From: Eledone cirrhosa
Taxonomy: Eukaryota
Length of the DNA: 64,000 nucleotides
Reading direction: 5' to 3'
NCBI GenBank assembly: GCA_964016885.1
Contig: OZ024745.1
Location: 10,044,001-10,108,000 of the forward strand
Below are positions 12,556 to 26,200 of this stretch, piece by piece; the stretch's first letter is position 1, and each line of letters starts with the position of its first letter. The translations under genes were made by a program, and so were the position numbers. Under the pieces are notes generated by a model that saw only the letters and a list, made by a program, of their open reading frames with translations, did no database searches and was not told where the DNA came from.

Positions 12556-12672
12556 CCTTCTTTCCATATCACACTGATGTTGAAGATCTTGCAGTTCATG
12601 GAGCAGAGTTTGTCGTTCCATATTTAAAGACTGCTTTTCTTTTTCGGAATGCTTGTATTTGTCTTCATATTC
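12556..12672 (-). CDS. CIT: Coding exon, CIT-like (EYEDKYKHSEKEKQSLNMERQTLLHELQDLQHQCDMERR)
   Basis: ttttgatag acceptor, gttagt donor, 117 nt, phase 0-0. Confidence 0.8.
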
Positions 12673-12689
12673 CTATCAAAAGACATTGA

Positions 12690-12722
<33 letters not shown>

Positions 12723-13254
12723 TTTTAACTTGAATTACAATTATTGATGCTCTGAACCAAGGTTCATTGAACTTATTTATTGAGAAACATCATCATTCAT
12801 ACTAAATATGTATTGATACCGTAACATAGTATATATATATATATCTATGTATATATATATATCTGTGTATATATATATATATATACACACACACACATAT
12901 ATATGTGTGTGTATATGAAAATACAACAGAAGATGAAGTATAAAGAAGATATATTAATATATATCTTCTTTCACGCTTAATATAGTAGGAAAAGTGTTAA
13001 CATTTCAGAAAATAGAATGAGAAATTAAAGAAATAAAAAGATAGAGAAGAATTAGTTGGGGAAGAAATGAAAAACAATTTCTTCCAGAAAAAGTGGAATT
13101 GCACAATCCCCATTGATACTGAGTGATTGAAATACACATAAACACATGTGTGTATATACACACACACACACACACATAAACACATGTATGTGTGTATATA
13201 TATATACACACACATATCTAGAATTTACATTCCCACAGTAAATATATGACTTAC

Positions 13255-13338
13255 TCTGTAGATCCGTACAGCCTTTTCTTCTTTTGATCGGTATAGTTTT
13301 ACTTCATTTACTAAATGTGAGTTGGTTGTTTGAAGGCT
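13255..13338 (-). CDS. CIT: Coding exon, CIT-like (SLQTTNSHLVNEVKLYRSKEEKAVRIYR)
   Basis: cctttcag acceptor, gtaagt donor, 84 nt, phase 0-0. Confidence 0.78.
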
Positions 13339-15589
13339 CTGAAAGGAGATTTTAGAATAAACAAATAAAATCAGCTCTCTAATGCATCATCATCATCACT
13401 ATTTTACATCTCATTCACACTTGCATGGCTGGGATGGGACCTCTCCAACACATCCCTCAATTTGTTGCATTCCTTCTCCTGTGACCCTCAGGTACCTTCC
13501 ACGGGCATTTCCTAGTACTGCTTCACCCAACATCCTCCATACACATCACATATCCATCCCAGTCTCCTACACTACATTTCATTCCTCTTCTACTCAGTTT
13601 CTCTTTCAGCTCATTCATTCTTCACTGTTTACAAGCGTTAACATTGTACATTCATTGGAGCAAGCTGTCTTCATTTCTCTGCATTCACAGCCCATGTCCC
13701 TCTACCAGTGCAACATCGCACATTGTACGCAGGCTTCGTTTATAGAGAGAAACGTTTTGTTTTCATCACTGGTAATTAGCAGAAATAGATGCCAGATATT
13801 CCTTTCAATTTAAAATTAGCCACCACATGTCTTTTCTATGATTAACTCATGTTAGGTTAGTACAACATACCTTATATAAAAATAATGAAAATTATTGTGT
13901 ACAGTGCTCAGGTGCACTACAACTCATCAAAGATGCATGTATAGTACATAGAATAATGAACAGTGTATGAGTCATGATATATTCTTTCAGTTAAATATTA
14001 AACACTACCTCTTTTGTTCAGAGTAAACATTGCCACAGAATAAGATGAAATGTCACAAGTAATGGATTTATGGTTGAAGAGAGACAATACTAACCTAAAG
14101 TTAACCATAACTTATTACTAACCTAATGTTATTCTAAAGTTAACCATAACAATACTTTATGGTGAAGACAAAGAGCGTCTTGTATATCTACTGAATATTC
14201 TTCATTATATACAAGAGAAAACTAAATTTATGTGAGACATGAATAAAGAAAAGGTGAAGCAGTTATACACCATACAGTAGAACAGACAGGTGTGTGTGTG
14301 TGTGTGTATGTGTCTCGTGTGTATTGAACTGATTTTAGCATCAGTGCTGGATTTCCAACTACTGCAGGCTTTTTGAAGGGGAAGAAATAAAACCACTGAC
14401 AGCTAATACATAAAAGCTGTTAAGCAGGTATAAGGTCTTATTTCACAGACTCTCACAGAAATCTATCATAAACACATCAATAGGTTCAATGTTATGGAGT
14501 TTTACGTTGATTTTTCCATGCTTGCATGGGTTAGACAGGTAAGTCAGGCAAGTCACATGGCATGGTTTCCATGGTTAGATGCCCTTCCTAACACCACTTC
14601 ATGACATATACCAAGTTTTTATTTTTTGTGGTAGCACCACTAACACCTGATAAAGTGGGTTGGGTACATTTTATCATGACACCAGCACCACCGCTTTACA
14701 GAGTGTACTGGGTGTATTTTATGATGACACTAGCACCACCAGATTACAGAGTGGACTGGGTACATTTTATCATGGCACCAGCAGTACCATATGAAATATA
14801 TGGTGGAATGGTATGGTCCCATAACTGTTGAGGGAGTCATAAGGGACACCATATTGACATACAGTGTTTCTTGGGTATTTTAAGCCTGGTGGAGCTCCTT
14901 TCTCCAGACCTGGGTACAGCAGATTTCTTCCAGAGAAGGAGAGAAAATGAGAGAAAGTGAGAAAGAGAGAAAGAATTGATCCCAGTTCTGGTATGGAGGG
15001 TGAGGGGCTGAAAAAAATCATTGAAGGAAGAAGTGAAAGAGGTTGGACTGAGTGAAGAAGGTTATAGAGCTGGTTAATTGAAAAGATGAAAGGTCACTGA
15101 TGTAATGATAGAAAAGGTAGAGTAAAGAGTGTGTGAGGGAGTGTAGGATGTTGTTGGATCATCACTGACAGGTCAAATGGATGGCTTTTAGTGGGGATAA
15201 AATGTATAAAAGTGACATTCCAATGTGAAGCAGTTTGCATGTTGTCACTGTTATTGACAATGACACTATATATACTGAAAGTATATATACAAGAAAGTCA
15301 ATGGTAAAATAGAGACGAGGGGTCACCTTATAACCAACGTCAACAGTTTCACAATTTTTACTAACTTAAAAATTCTCCGTAAATCATCATCATCGTTTAA
15401 CGTCTATCTTCCACGCTAGCATGGGTTAGACGGGAATTGTCCCACTTGAGGCAAGATTGGTTGTCTTGCTCGGGGCTAAAATATTTTTGTTTTGGAGATG
15501 AATATTACACAGGTTTTAGTTTAGGGGACAATATCACACTGGTTTTAGGAGACATTGGCAGTATCAGTAGAGGGTCGGACACCAAGCTT

Positions 15590-15770
15590 TGACACACATA
15601 CATGTACACACACACACACACATACATGTACATACACACATACATGTACGTACACACACATGTACGTACACACATACACACACACGTACATACACACACA
15701 TACATGTACATACACACACACATGTACACACATACATGTACATACACACACACATGTACGTACACATAGA
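15590..15770. repeat. CA/TA compound microsatellite
   Basis: Repeats of acacatacatgtac. Confidence 0.9.
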
Positions 15771-16576
15771 ATAGTATGTCTACCATTTAACCAAGAAATG
15801 TCATGAAATATAAAATCTACCTGGTAAGCACCCAACAGAGCTCCTACATCCACATTCTGGGCAGAAGGTATTTCAAAGCGAGCCTGCATTTTCTAGTGTG
15901 CATCATTTCTAAATAACCTTGACGTGCACGCATGCGTTAACACTACCTCCCTCACAACAACAACAACCCAGGTTAACACTACCTCCCTCACAACAACAAC
16001 CACATCAATAACATGTTAACACTAGCTCCACAACAACAACAACAACCTAAAGAATTACTGAAAGTAAATATCTTAAAAGTTTGGATTTCAAATTGTCAGT
16101 AACATTAACAGTGAAACTTAAGAATTGGAAACAAGAAGTATTGGGTGGGGGGAGTTATAGTGCCCCCTCCCCCACATCTAGCAGAATCTCACAGAAAAGA
16201 AGTCATCTTGTAATTTTGGAGGAGAGGGGGTAGATCAATGGAGTTTTGGAATCAATGACAGATGATCCATAATTGCTTCACTTCACAACAACTAACACAG
16301 TACAGTGTTGGAACATTGATTTTCACACTTGTTTTGCTAAGTGAACATATAGGACACACACACATATATATTCTCACACACACATACATATGTATTCTCA
16401 CACACACACACACATATGTATTCTCACACACATACACATGTTCTCACACTCACATACATACTTACAGGTAGATTTAAGCAAGCATGTAAAAACTGGGATA
16501 TGTAAATATGCATGTGTATATAATAAACACATGCACACACACACACATAAATAAATACAATATATCTATATATATA

Positions 16577-18032
16577 TCATCATTTTACGTCCGCTTTTCC
16601 CTGCTTGCAAGGGTGGGACGGGTCCTATTCAGCACAGCATCTCTCCACCGTGAGCTTCAGCGATCTGAGGTCTGTTCTCACCACCTCCGCCCATGTTTTT
16701 CGTGGTCTACCTCTACCACGTCTTCCTTCAACTGGCATTTCCTAGCACTTCTTCACCCATCGATCATCCTCCATGCGCATCACATGTCCATACCACCTCA
16801 GTCTCCTCTCTCGCACACTACATTCTATCCCTCTCAGACACAGTTTCTCTCTCAACACATTCATACTGAGTCGTTCACGCACATTTACACTGCACATCCA
16901 ACGGGGCATGCTTGCTTCCTTTCTCTCCAGCCGTTGCTGCCCATGTCTCACTACCATGCAGCATCGCGCTCCTCACACAGGCATCATATAACCAGTCTTT
17001 TGTACGCAGGGGGAAACCCTTCTTCGTCAGCAGCTCCCTAAACTTTTTCCAACCCGTCCTTATTCTAGATACTATGGCCTCGGAACACTCTCCTCCCATG
17101 CTAATCTGATCTCTTAAGTACCGGAAGCTATCCACCACTTCTATAGTACCCGCCTGCATTTGAAAAAATGTGTCTATCAATGCGACTTCTACTGTCTAAT
17201 TTCCCTGTACATCTACTGCATACGCATTTCTCCCTACCTGTTAGTTTGCCTGCTATCCCACTACATCTCTTGTGTACCCAGGATCTGCATTGTGTGCATT
17301 TTATAGAATTTATGCCAGCTCCTTTTCTGCATATCGAACATGGCCTTTTCCCTGACGGAATCTTTTCTACTCATCAACACTTTTGTCTTAGCTAGGTTCA
17401 CTCTCAGTCCTCTTGCTTCCAACTGCTGTTTCCATAGCCAGAATTTATTCTCTAGCTTCTCTACTGATTCTGCTATAACAACCAGATCGTCAACATAGAG
17501 AAGTTCCCATGGACAGCAGTTATGGCTTGGAGGACTATAATGAACAAGAGGGGGCTGAGGACCGAACCCTGATGTACTCCTACTTGTACCTGGAATTCCT
17601 CACTAAACTCCATTCCTACCCTGACTTTACTGACAGCACCTCTGTACAAAGTTTGCACTGTCCTCACAAGCCATTCTTGAACACCTAGTTTCCTTAGGGA
17701 CTACGAGATGACAGATCAGGGTACCCTATCAAAGGCCTTCTCTAGGTCAACAAAGGCTAAGTATAGTGGCTTATTCTTCTCTAAGAACCTCTCTTGTAAT
17801 TGTCTCACCAAGTAGAGGGCATCTGTTGAACTTTCCCAGGCACAAAACCAAACTGCATCTCACCTAGTTTGACCCTTTCTCTAATTAGTTGTGCTAATAT
17901 CTTTTCTGCTACTTTCATAACCTGATCCATCAGTTTTATACCCCTATAATTGCTCCTCTCCAGAGCAGCCCCTTTACCTTTGTAGCAATTTATGGGAATA
18001 CTGCTGCACCAGTCTTTGGGTATGACAACATC
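16577..18032 (-). mobile_element. Truncated degenerate RTE LINE, family A
   Basis: NYRGIKL, QFGFVPG, GVHQGSVLSPLLF RT motifs with indels; (CAT)n tail. Confidence 0.92.
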
Positions 18033-18056
18033 ATATATATATACACACATACATAT

Positions 18057-18697
18057 ACAAATGCAGGTAGGTTCTATAGAAGTGGTTGATAGCTTCTAGT
18101 ACCTAGGTGTTCAGATTAGCATGGGAGGGGGGTGTACCGAGGCCATAGTATCTAGAATAAGGACGGGTTGGAAGAAGTTTAGGGAGCTGCTTCCTCTGCT
18201 GACAAAGAAGGGTTTCTCCCTGTGTACGAGAGGCTGGTTATAATATGCCTGTGTGAGATGCGCGATGCTGCATGGTAGTGAGACATGAGCAGCAACTGCA
18301 GAGGATATGCGACGGCTAGAGAGAAATGAAGCAAGCATGCTCCGTTGGATGTGCAATGTCAATGTACGTGAACGACCAAGCATAGATGAGTTGAGAGAGA
18401 AACTGTGTCTAAGAGGGATAAGCTGTAGTGTGCCAGAGAGAAGACTACGTTGGTATGGACATGTGATGCACATGGAGGATGACCGCTGAGTAAAGAAGTG
18501 CCAAGAAATCCCAGTAGAAGGAATATGCAGTAGAGGAAGACCACAAAAAACAGGCGGAGGTGGTGAGAGCAGACCTCAGATTGCTGAAGCTCACGGAGGA
18601 GATGACGAAGGATCGTGACAAGTAGAGAGATGCTGTGCTGAATAGGACCCCTCTCACCTTTGCAAGCAGGGAAAGGCAGATGTAAAATGATGATGAT
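18057..18697 (+). mobile_element. Truncated RTE LINE, family A-like, with stop codons
   Basis: RRLERNEASMLRWMC...RRLRWYGHV; (GAT)n tail. Confidence 0.9.
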
Positions 18698-18817
18698 ATA
18701 TATATATATTCATATACATACATATATATATATATCATCACCATCATCTTTTAACGTCCATCTTCCATGCTAGTTAGACGATTTTGTTCCATTTGTATAT
18801 ATATATATATATATATA

Positions 18818-20274
18818 CTAGCAGCAGTACCCAGCATTGCTTGGGTAGGTAAAATAATATCTGCTTTGATCAAAAGGTATTGATCTTAGCGATTGCTTTT
18901 TGATGACTCATCTATAGCCACACAGGCCATGCTAGGGGAGGGAGGTAATGACCTCTAACACTAAGCCAAATTTCCTCACGCTACTTGATTGGAAACCGAT
19001 GAATTCTCAAACGTGAACGACAAAGCATAAACGAACTAAGGAAAAAATTAGAGATAAGAGGGATCAGATGTTGTTTACTCGAGAGAAGGCTACGTTGGTA
19101 TGGACACGTGATGCGCATGAAAGTCGATAGCTGTATAACAAAGTGCAGGGCAATAAAGATAGACGGTAGCCACGGAATAGGCAGACCCAGAAAAACCTGG
19201 GATGAGCTGATAAACTCCGACCTCACACACTTACACCTCTCCAAGACAATGTCACTGGACCGAGACCTTTGGCGGTACTCAGTAATAGAGAAGACCCGCC
19301 TTACCTAAATACATAGTAAAACCTACTACAATCAGTAGGCATCTCTAACAAAATACACCCCCGTCCCACCCCATCCACACCGCCCCGTTTTATGTAAAGT
19401 TATGTTGGTGCCGCGCCATCCAGGCCAAAACAAATGAGATCGTGTAGGTGTCACGACAAAAAAACACACAGTCCACGCTGTAATGTGGCCGTGTAGGCAA
19501 CACGGTAAAAACCTCCCAGTCCCACACTGTAAATGTGGTTGGTGTTAGGAAGGGCATCCAACTGTAGAAAACCTGCCAGACAGTCCTATGCGAGCAAGAC
19601 AATCACTCTTGCCTCAAGTGGGAATACCCCCGTCCAAACCCATGCAAGCGTGGAACACGGACGTTAAACGTTGATGATGATGATGATGATGATGACAACT
19701 AAAAGCCCAGAGAGATGTCAGTGGCCATCATTTTGCTTTTGACCATCTATAAGATGTGCAATGATAGATTCTATTGTAGTATAAAAGTTGAACCAAATAA
19801 ATCGATTTATGTGTGAGGTGGAGCCGAAGTTTCAAATTTGAACGAAATCGGTTGAAAAATGTGGGAGCTAGAGCCGAAAAGGCGGAAATTTGAGCGAAAA
19901 GGTGGTATTTTCGAATATTTAAGCGGCTGCCACGCTGTTCCTGAACAACAAATACAAAATATAAAGCCATTACAGGATGTGCAATGATAAATTCTATTTT
20001 GCTTTAAAATTAGAATGAAATCGGTGGCAAAATGTGGGAGCTAGATCCAAACATCTTATTTTTCGATACCTAAAAAAAGGTGACCCCCCCCCCCCCCCCC
20101 CCCTATCGATTTTTATCTGCAGAATGACCCCGCAATAAAAAAAACGATACGCTGATATATAGAAAACACTCCCCGATGACTAATCTATGAGCCTGTTAAG
20201 TTTCATGAAAATTGGTCGTAAGATGTAGGCCCCTATAGGTAATACACAGACACACAATTTTATATATATACAGA
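18818..20274 (-). mobile_element. Non-autonomous Helitron carrying a nested RTE-B insertion
   Basis: Minus strand begins A|TCTGTATATATATAAAA and ends with the hairpin ACCCAAGCAATGCTGGGT followed by CTAG|T. This is the canonical TC...CTAG structure in an AT target with no TSD. Confidence 0.75.
19011..19695 (+). mobile_element. 5'-truncated RTE family B copy
   Basis: Near-identical to 6294-6963; (GAT)n tail. Confidence 0.92.
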
Positions 20275-20293
20275 TATACGTACATATACATAT

Positions 20294-23200
20294 GTGTAGT
20301 GCAGTGTAATGTGGTGTAGTGCAGTGTAGTGTTGTATAGTGCAGTGTAATGTGGTGTAGTGTAGTGTTGTATAGTGTAGTGTAATGTGGTGTAGTGTAGT
20401 GTTGTATAGTGTAGTGTAATGTGGTGTAGTGTAGTGTTGTATAGTGTAGTGTAATGTGGTGTAGTGTTGTATAGTGCGGTGTAGTGTAGTGTTGTATAGT
20501 GTAGTGTAATGTGGTGTAGTGTTGTATAGTGCAGTGTAATGTGGTGTAGTGTAGTGTAATGTGGTGTAGTGTTGTATAGTGCAGTGTAATGTGGTGTAGT
20601 GTAGTGTTGTATAGTGCAGTGTAGTGTGGTGTAGTGTAGTGTTGTATAGTGCAGTGTAATGTGGTGTAGTGTAGTGTTGTATAGTGCAGTGTAGTGTGGT
20701 GTAGTGTAGTGTTGTATAGTGTAGTGTGGTGTAGTGTAGTGTTGTATAGTGTAGTGTAATGTGGTGTAGTGTTGTATAGTGCAGTGTAATGTGGTGTAGT
20801 GTAGTGTTGTATAGTGTAGTGTAATGTGGTGTAGTGTAGTGTTGTATAGTGTAGTGTAATGTGGTGTAGTGTTGTATAGTGCAGTGTAATGTGGTGTAGT
20901 GTAGTGTTGTATAGTGTAGTGTAATGTGGTGTAGTGTTGTATAGTGCAGTGTAATGTGGTGTAGTGTAGTGTTGTATAGTGCAGTGTAATGTGGTGTAGT
21001 GTAGTGTTGTATAGTGCAGTGTAATGTGGTGTAGTGTAGTGTTGTATAGTGCAGTGTAATGTGGCGTAGTGTAGTGTTGTATAGTGCAGTGTAATGTGGT
21101 GTAGTGTAGTGTTGTATAGTGTAGTGTTGTATAGTGTAGTGTAATGTGGTGTAGTGTAGTGTGGTGTAGTGTAGTGTAGTGTTGTATAGTGCAGTGTAAT
21201 GTGGCATAGTGTAGTGTTGTATAGTGCAGTGTAATGTGGCGTAGTGTAGTGTTGTATAGTGCAGTGTAATGTGGTGTAGTGTAGTGTTGTATAGTGTAGT
21301 GTAATGTGGTGTAGTGTTGTATAGTGCAGTGTAATGTGGTGTAGTGTAGTGTTGTATAGTGTAGTGTAATGTGGTGTAGTGTAGTGTAATGTGGTGTAGT
21401 GTAATGTAGTGTAGTGTAGTGTTGTATAGTGCAGTGTAATGTGGCGTAGTGTAGTGTTGTATAGTGCAGTGTAATGTGGCGTAGTGTAGTGTTGTATAGT
21501 GCAGTGTAATGTGGTGTAGTGTAGTGTTGTATAGTGCAGTGTAATGTGGTGTAGTGTAGTGTTGTATAGTGCAGTGTAATGTGGTGTAGTGTAGTGTAGT
21601 GTTGTATAGTGCAGTGTAATGTGGTGTAGTGTTGTATAGTGCAGTGTAATGTTGTATAGTGTAGTGTTGTATAGTGTAGTGTAATGTGGTGTAGTGTTGT
21701 ATAGTGCAGTGTAATGTGGTGTAGTGTAGTGTTGTATAGTGTAGTGTAATGTGGTGTAGTGTAGTGTAATGTGGTGTAGTGTAGTGTAGTGTTGTATAGT
21801 GCAGTGTAATGTGGTGTAGTGTAGTGTTGTATAGTGTAGTGTAATGTGGTGTAGTGTAATGTGGTGTAGTGTAGTGTAGTGTTGTATAGTGCAGTGTAAT
21901 GTGGCGTAGTGTAGTGTTGTATAGTGCAGTGTAATGTGGTGTAGTGTAGTATAGTGTAGTGTAATGTGGTGTAGTGTAGTGTAATGTGGTGTAGTGTAGT
22001 GTTGTATAGTGCAGTGTAATGTGGTGTAGTGTAGTGTTGTATAGTGCAGTGTAATGTGGCGTAGTGTAGTGTTGTATAGTGCAGTGTAATGTGGTGTAGT
22101 GTAATGTGGTGTAGTGTAGTGTAGTGTTGTATAGTGCAGTGTAATGTGGCGTAGTGTAGTGTTGTATAGTGCAGTGTAATGTGGCGTAGTGTAGTGTTGT
22201 ATAGTGCAGTGTAATGTGGTGTAGTGTTGTATAGTGCAGTGTAATGTGGTGTAGTGTAGTGTTGTATAGTGCAGTGTAATGTGGTGTAGTGTAGTGTTGT
22301 ATAGTGCAGTGTAATGTGGTGTAGTGTAGTGTTGTATAGTGCAGTGTAATGTGGTGTAGTGTAGTGTTGTATAGTGCAGTGTAATGTAGTGTAGTGTAAT
22401 GTGGTGTAGTGTAGTGTTGTATAGTGCAGTGTAATGTGGTGTAGTGTAGTGTTGTATAGTGCAGTGTAATGTAGTGTAGTGTAATGTGGTGTAGTGTAGT
22501 GTTGTATAGTGCAGTGTAATGTGGTGTAGTGTTGTATAGTGCAGTGTAATGTAATGTAGTGTTGTATAGTGCAGTGTAGTGTGGCGTAGTGTAGTGTTGT
22601 ATAGTGCAGTGTAATGTGGTGTAGTGTAGTGTTGTATAGTGTAGTGTAATGTGGAGTAGAGTAGTGTAGTGTTGTATAGTGAAGTGTAGTGTTGTATAGT
22701 GTAGTGTAATGTGGTGTAGTGTAGTGTTGTATAGTGTAGTGTAATGTGGTGTAGTGTAATGTGGTGTAATGTAGTGTAGTGTTGTATAGTGCAGTGTAAT
22801 GTGGCGTAGTGTAGTGTAGTGTAGTGTAGTGTTGTATAGTGCAGTGTAATGTGGTGTAGTGTAGTGTTGTATAGTGCAGTGTAATGTGGTGTAGTGTAGT
22901 GTAGTGTTGTATAGTGCAGTGTAGTGTTGTATAGTGCAGTGTAATGTGGTGTAGTGTAGTGTTGTATAGTGCAGTGTAATGTGGTGTAGTGTAGTGTTGT
23001 ATAGTGTAGTGTAATGTGGTGCAGTGTAATGTGGTGTAGTGTAGTGTTGTATAGTGCAGTGTAATGTAGTGTAGTGTAATGTGGTGTAGTGTAGTGTTGT
23101 ATAGTGCAGTGTAATGTGGTGTTGTATAGTGCAGTGTAATGTGGTGTAGTGTAGTGTTGTATAGTGCAGTGTAATGTGATGTAGTGTAGTATAGTGTAGT

Positions 23201-26200
23201 GTAATGTGGTGTAGTGTAGTGTTGTATAGTGCAGTGTAATGTGGTGTAGTGTAATGTGGTGTAGTGTTGTATAGTGCAGCGTACTGTGGTGTAGTGTAGT
23301 GTTGTATAGTGCAGTGTAATGTGGTGTAGTGTAGTGTTGTATAGTGCAGTGTGGTGTAGTGTAGTGTTGTATAGTGCAGTGTAATGTGGTGTAGTGTAGT
23401 GTTGTATAGTGCAGTGTAATGTGGTGTAGTGTAGTGTAATGTGGTGTAGTGTAATGTGGTGTAGTGTAGTGTTGTATAGTGTAGTGTAATGTGGTGTAGT
23501 GTAGTGTTGTATAGTGTAGTGTGGTGTAGTGTAATGTGGTGTAGTGTAGTGTAGTGTTGTATAGTGCAGTGTAATGTGGTGTAGTGTAATGTGGTGTAGT
23601 GTAGTGTTGTATAGTGCAGTGTAGTGTAGTGTAGTGTTGTATAGTGCAGTGTAATGTGGCGTAGTGTAGTGTTGTATAGTGCAGTGTAGTGTAGTGTAGT
23701 GTTGTATAGTGCAGTGTAATGTGGTGTAGTGTAGTGTTGTATAGTGTAGTGTAATGTGGTGTAGTGTAGTGTAGTGTTGTATAGTGCAGTGTAATGTGGC
23801 GTACTGTAGTGTAGTGTAGTGTTGTATAGTGCAGTGTAATGTGGTGTAGTGTAGTGTTGTATAGTGCAGTGTAATGTGGTGTAGTGTAGTGTAGTGTTGT
23901 ATAGTGCAGTGTAGTGTTGTATAGTGCAGTGTAATGTGGTGTAGTGTAGTGTTGTATAGTGCAGTGTAATGTGGTGTAGTGTAGTGTTGTATAGTGTAGT
24001 GTAATGTGGTGTAGTGTAGTGTTGTATAGTGCAGTGTAATGTAGTGTAGTGTAATGTGGTGTAGTGTAGTGTTGTATAGTGCAGTGTAATGTGGTGTAGT
24101 GTAGTGTTGTATAGTGCAGTGTAATGTGGTGTAGTGTAGTGTTGTATAGTGCAGTGTAATGTGGTGTAGTGTAGTGTTGTATAGTGTAGTGTAATGTGGT
24201 GTAGTGTAGTGTTGTATAGTGCAGTGTAATGTGGTGTAGTGTAGTGTTGTATAGTGCAGCGTACTGTGGTGTAGTGTAGTGTTGTATAGTGCAGTGTAAT
24301 GTGGTGTAGTGTAGTGTTGTATAGTGCAGTGTAATGTGGTATAGTGTAGTGTTGTATAGTGCAGCGTACTGTGGTGTAGTGTAGTGTTGTATAGTGCAGT
24401 GTAATGTGGTGTAGTGTAGTGTTGTATAGTGCAGTGTGGTGTAGTGTAGTGTTGTATAGTGCAGTGTAATGTGGTGTAGTGTAGTGTTGTATAGTGCAGT
24501 GTAATGTGGTGTAGTGTAGTGTAATGTGGTGTAGTGTTGTATAGTGCAGTGTAATGTGGTGTAGTGTTAGTGTTGTATAGTGTAGTGTAATGTGGTGTAG
24601 TGTAGTGTTGTATAGTGTAGTGTAATGTGGTGTAGTGTAGTGTTGTATAGTGTAGTGTGGTGTAGTGTAATGTGGTGTAGTGTAGTGTTGTATAGTGCAG
24701 TGTAATGTGGTGTAGTGTAGTGTTGTATAGTGCAGTGTAATGTGGCGTAGTGTAGTGTTGTATAGTGCAGTGTAGTGTAGTGTAGTGTTGTATAGTGCAG
24801 TGTAATGTGGTGTAGTGTAGTGTTGTATAGTGTAGTGTAATGTGGTGTAGTGTAGAGTAGTGTTGTATAGTGCAGTGTAATGTGGCGTAGTGTAGTGTAG
24901 TGTAGTGTTGTATAGTGCAGTGTAATGTGGTGTAGTGTAGTGTTGTATAGTGCAGTGTAATGTGGTGTAGTGTAGTGTAGTGTTGTATAGTGCAGTGTAG
25001 TGTTGTATAGTGCAGTGTAATGTGGTGTAGTGTAGTGTTGTATAGTGCAGTGTAATGTGGTGTAGTGTAGTGTTGTATAGTGTAGTGTAATGTGGTGTAG
25101 TGTAGTGTTGTATAGTGCAGTGTAATGTGGTGTAGTGTAGTGTTGTATAGTGCAGTGTAATGTGGTGTAGTGTAGTGTTGTATAGTGCAGTGTAATGTGG
25201 TGTAGTTTAGTGTTGTATAGTGCAGTGTAATGTGGTGTAGTGTAGTGTAATGTGGTGCAGTGTAATGTGGTGTAGTGTAGTGTTGTATAGTGCAGCGTAC
25301 TGTGGTGTAGTGTAGTGTTGTATAGTGCAGTGTAATGTGGTGTAGTGTAGTGTTGTATAGTGCAGTGTAGTGTAGTGTTGTATAGTGCAGTGTAATGTGG
25401 TGTAGTGTAGTGTTGTATAGTGCAGTGTAATGTGGTGTAGTGTAGTGTTGTATAGTGCAGTGTAATGTGGTGTAGTGTAGTGTAATGTGGTGTAGTGTAG
25501 TGTTGTATAGTGTAGTGTAATGTGGTGTAGTGTAGTGTTGTATAGTATAGTGTAATGTGGTGTAGTGTAGTGTTGTATAGTGTAGTGTGGTGTAGTGTAA
25601 TGTGGTGTAGTGTAGTGTAGTGTTGTATAGTGCAGTGTAATGTGGTGTAGTGTAGTGTTGTATAGTGCAGTGTAGTGTAGTGTAGTGTTGTATAGTGCAG
25701 TGTAATGTGGCGTAGTGTAGTGTTGTATAGTGCAGTGTAGTGTAGTGTTGTATAGTGCAGTGTAATGTGGTGTAGTGTAGTGTAGTGTTGTATAGTGCAG
25801 TGTAATGTGGTGTAGTGTAGTGTTGTATAGTGCAGTGTAATGTGGTGTAGTGTAGTGTTGTATAGTGCAGTGTAATGTGGTGTAGTGTAGTGTTGTATAG
25901 TGCAGTGTAATGTGGTGTAGTGTAGTGTTGTATAGTGCAGTGTAATGTGGTGTAGTGTAGTGTTGTATAGTGCAGTGTAATGTGGTGTAGTGTAATGTGG
26001 TGTAGTGTAGTGTCGTATAGTGCAGTGTAATGTGGTGTAGTGTTGTATAGTGCAGTGTAATGTGGCGTAGTGTAGTGTTGTATAGTGCAGTGTAATGTGG
26101 TGTAGCGTAGTGTAGTGTTGTATAGTGCAGTGTAATGTGGTGTAGTGTAGTGTTGTATAGTGCAGTGTAATGTGGTGTAGTGTAATGTGGTGTAGTGTAG

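Noticed and set aside
12942-12975. Hairpin AAAGAAGATATATT..ATATATCTTCTTT with an adjacent GAAA
   Set aside because: No CTGANGA core upstream, and the sequence is AT-rich low complexity.
15821-15892. Candidate exon MQARFEIPSAQNVDVGALLGAYQ
   Set aside because: Weak acceptor, not coiled-coil-like, and not needed for frame continuity. It cannot be supported without transcripts.
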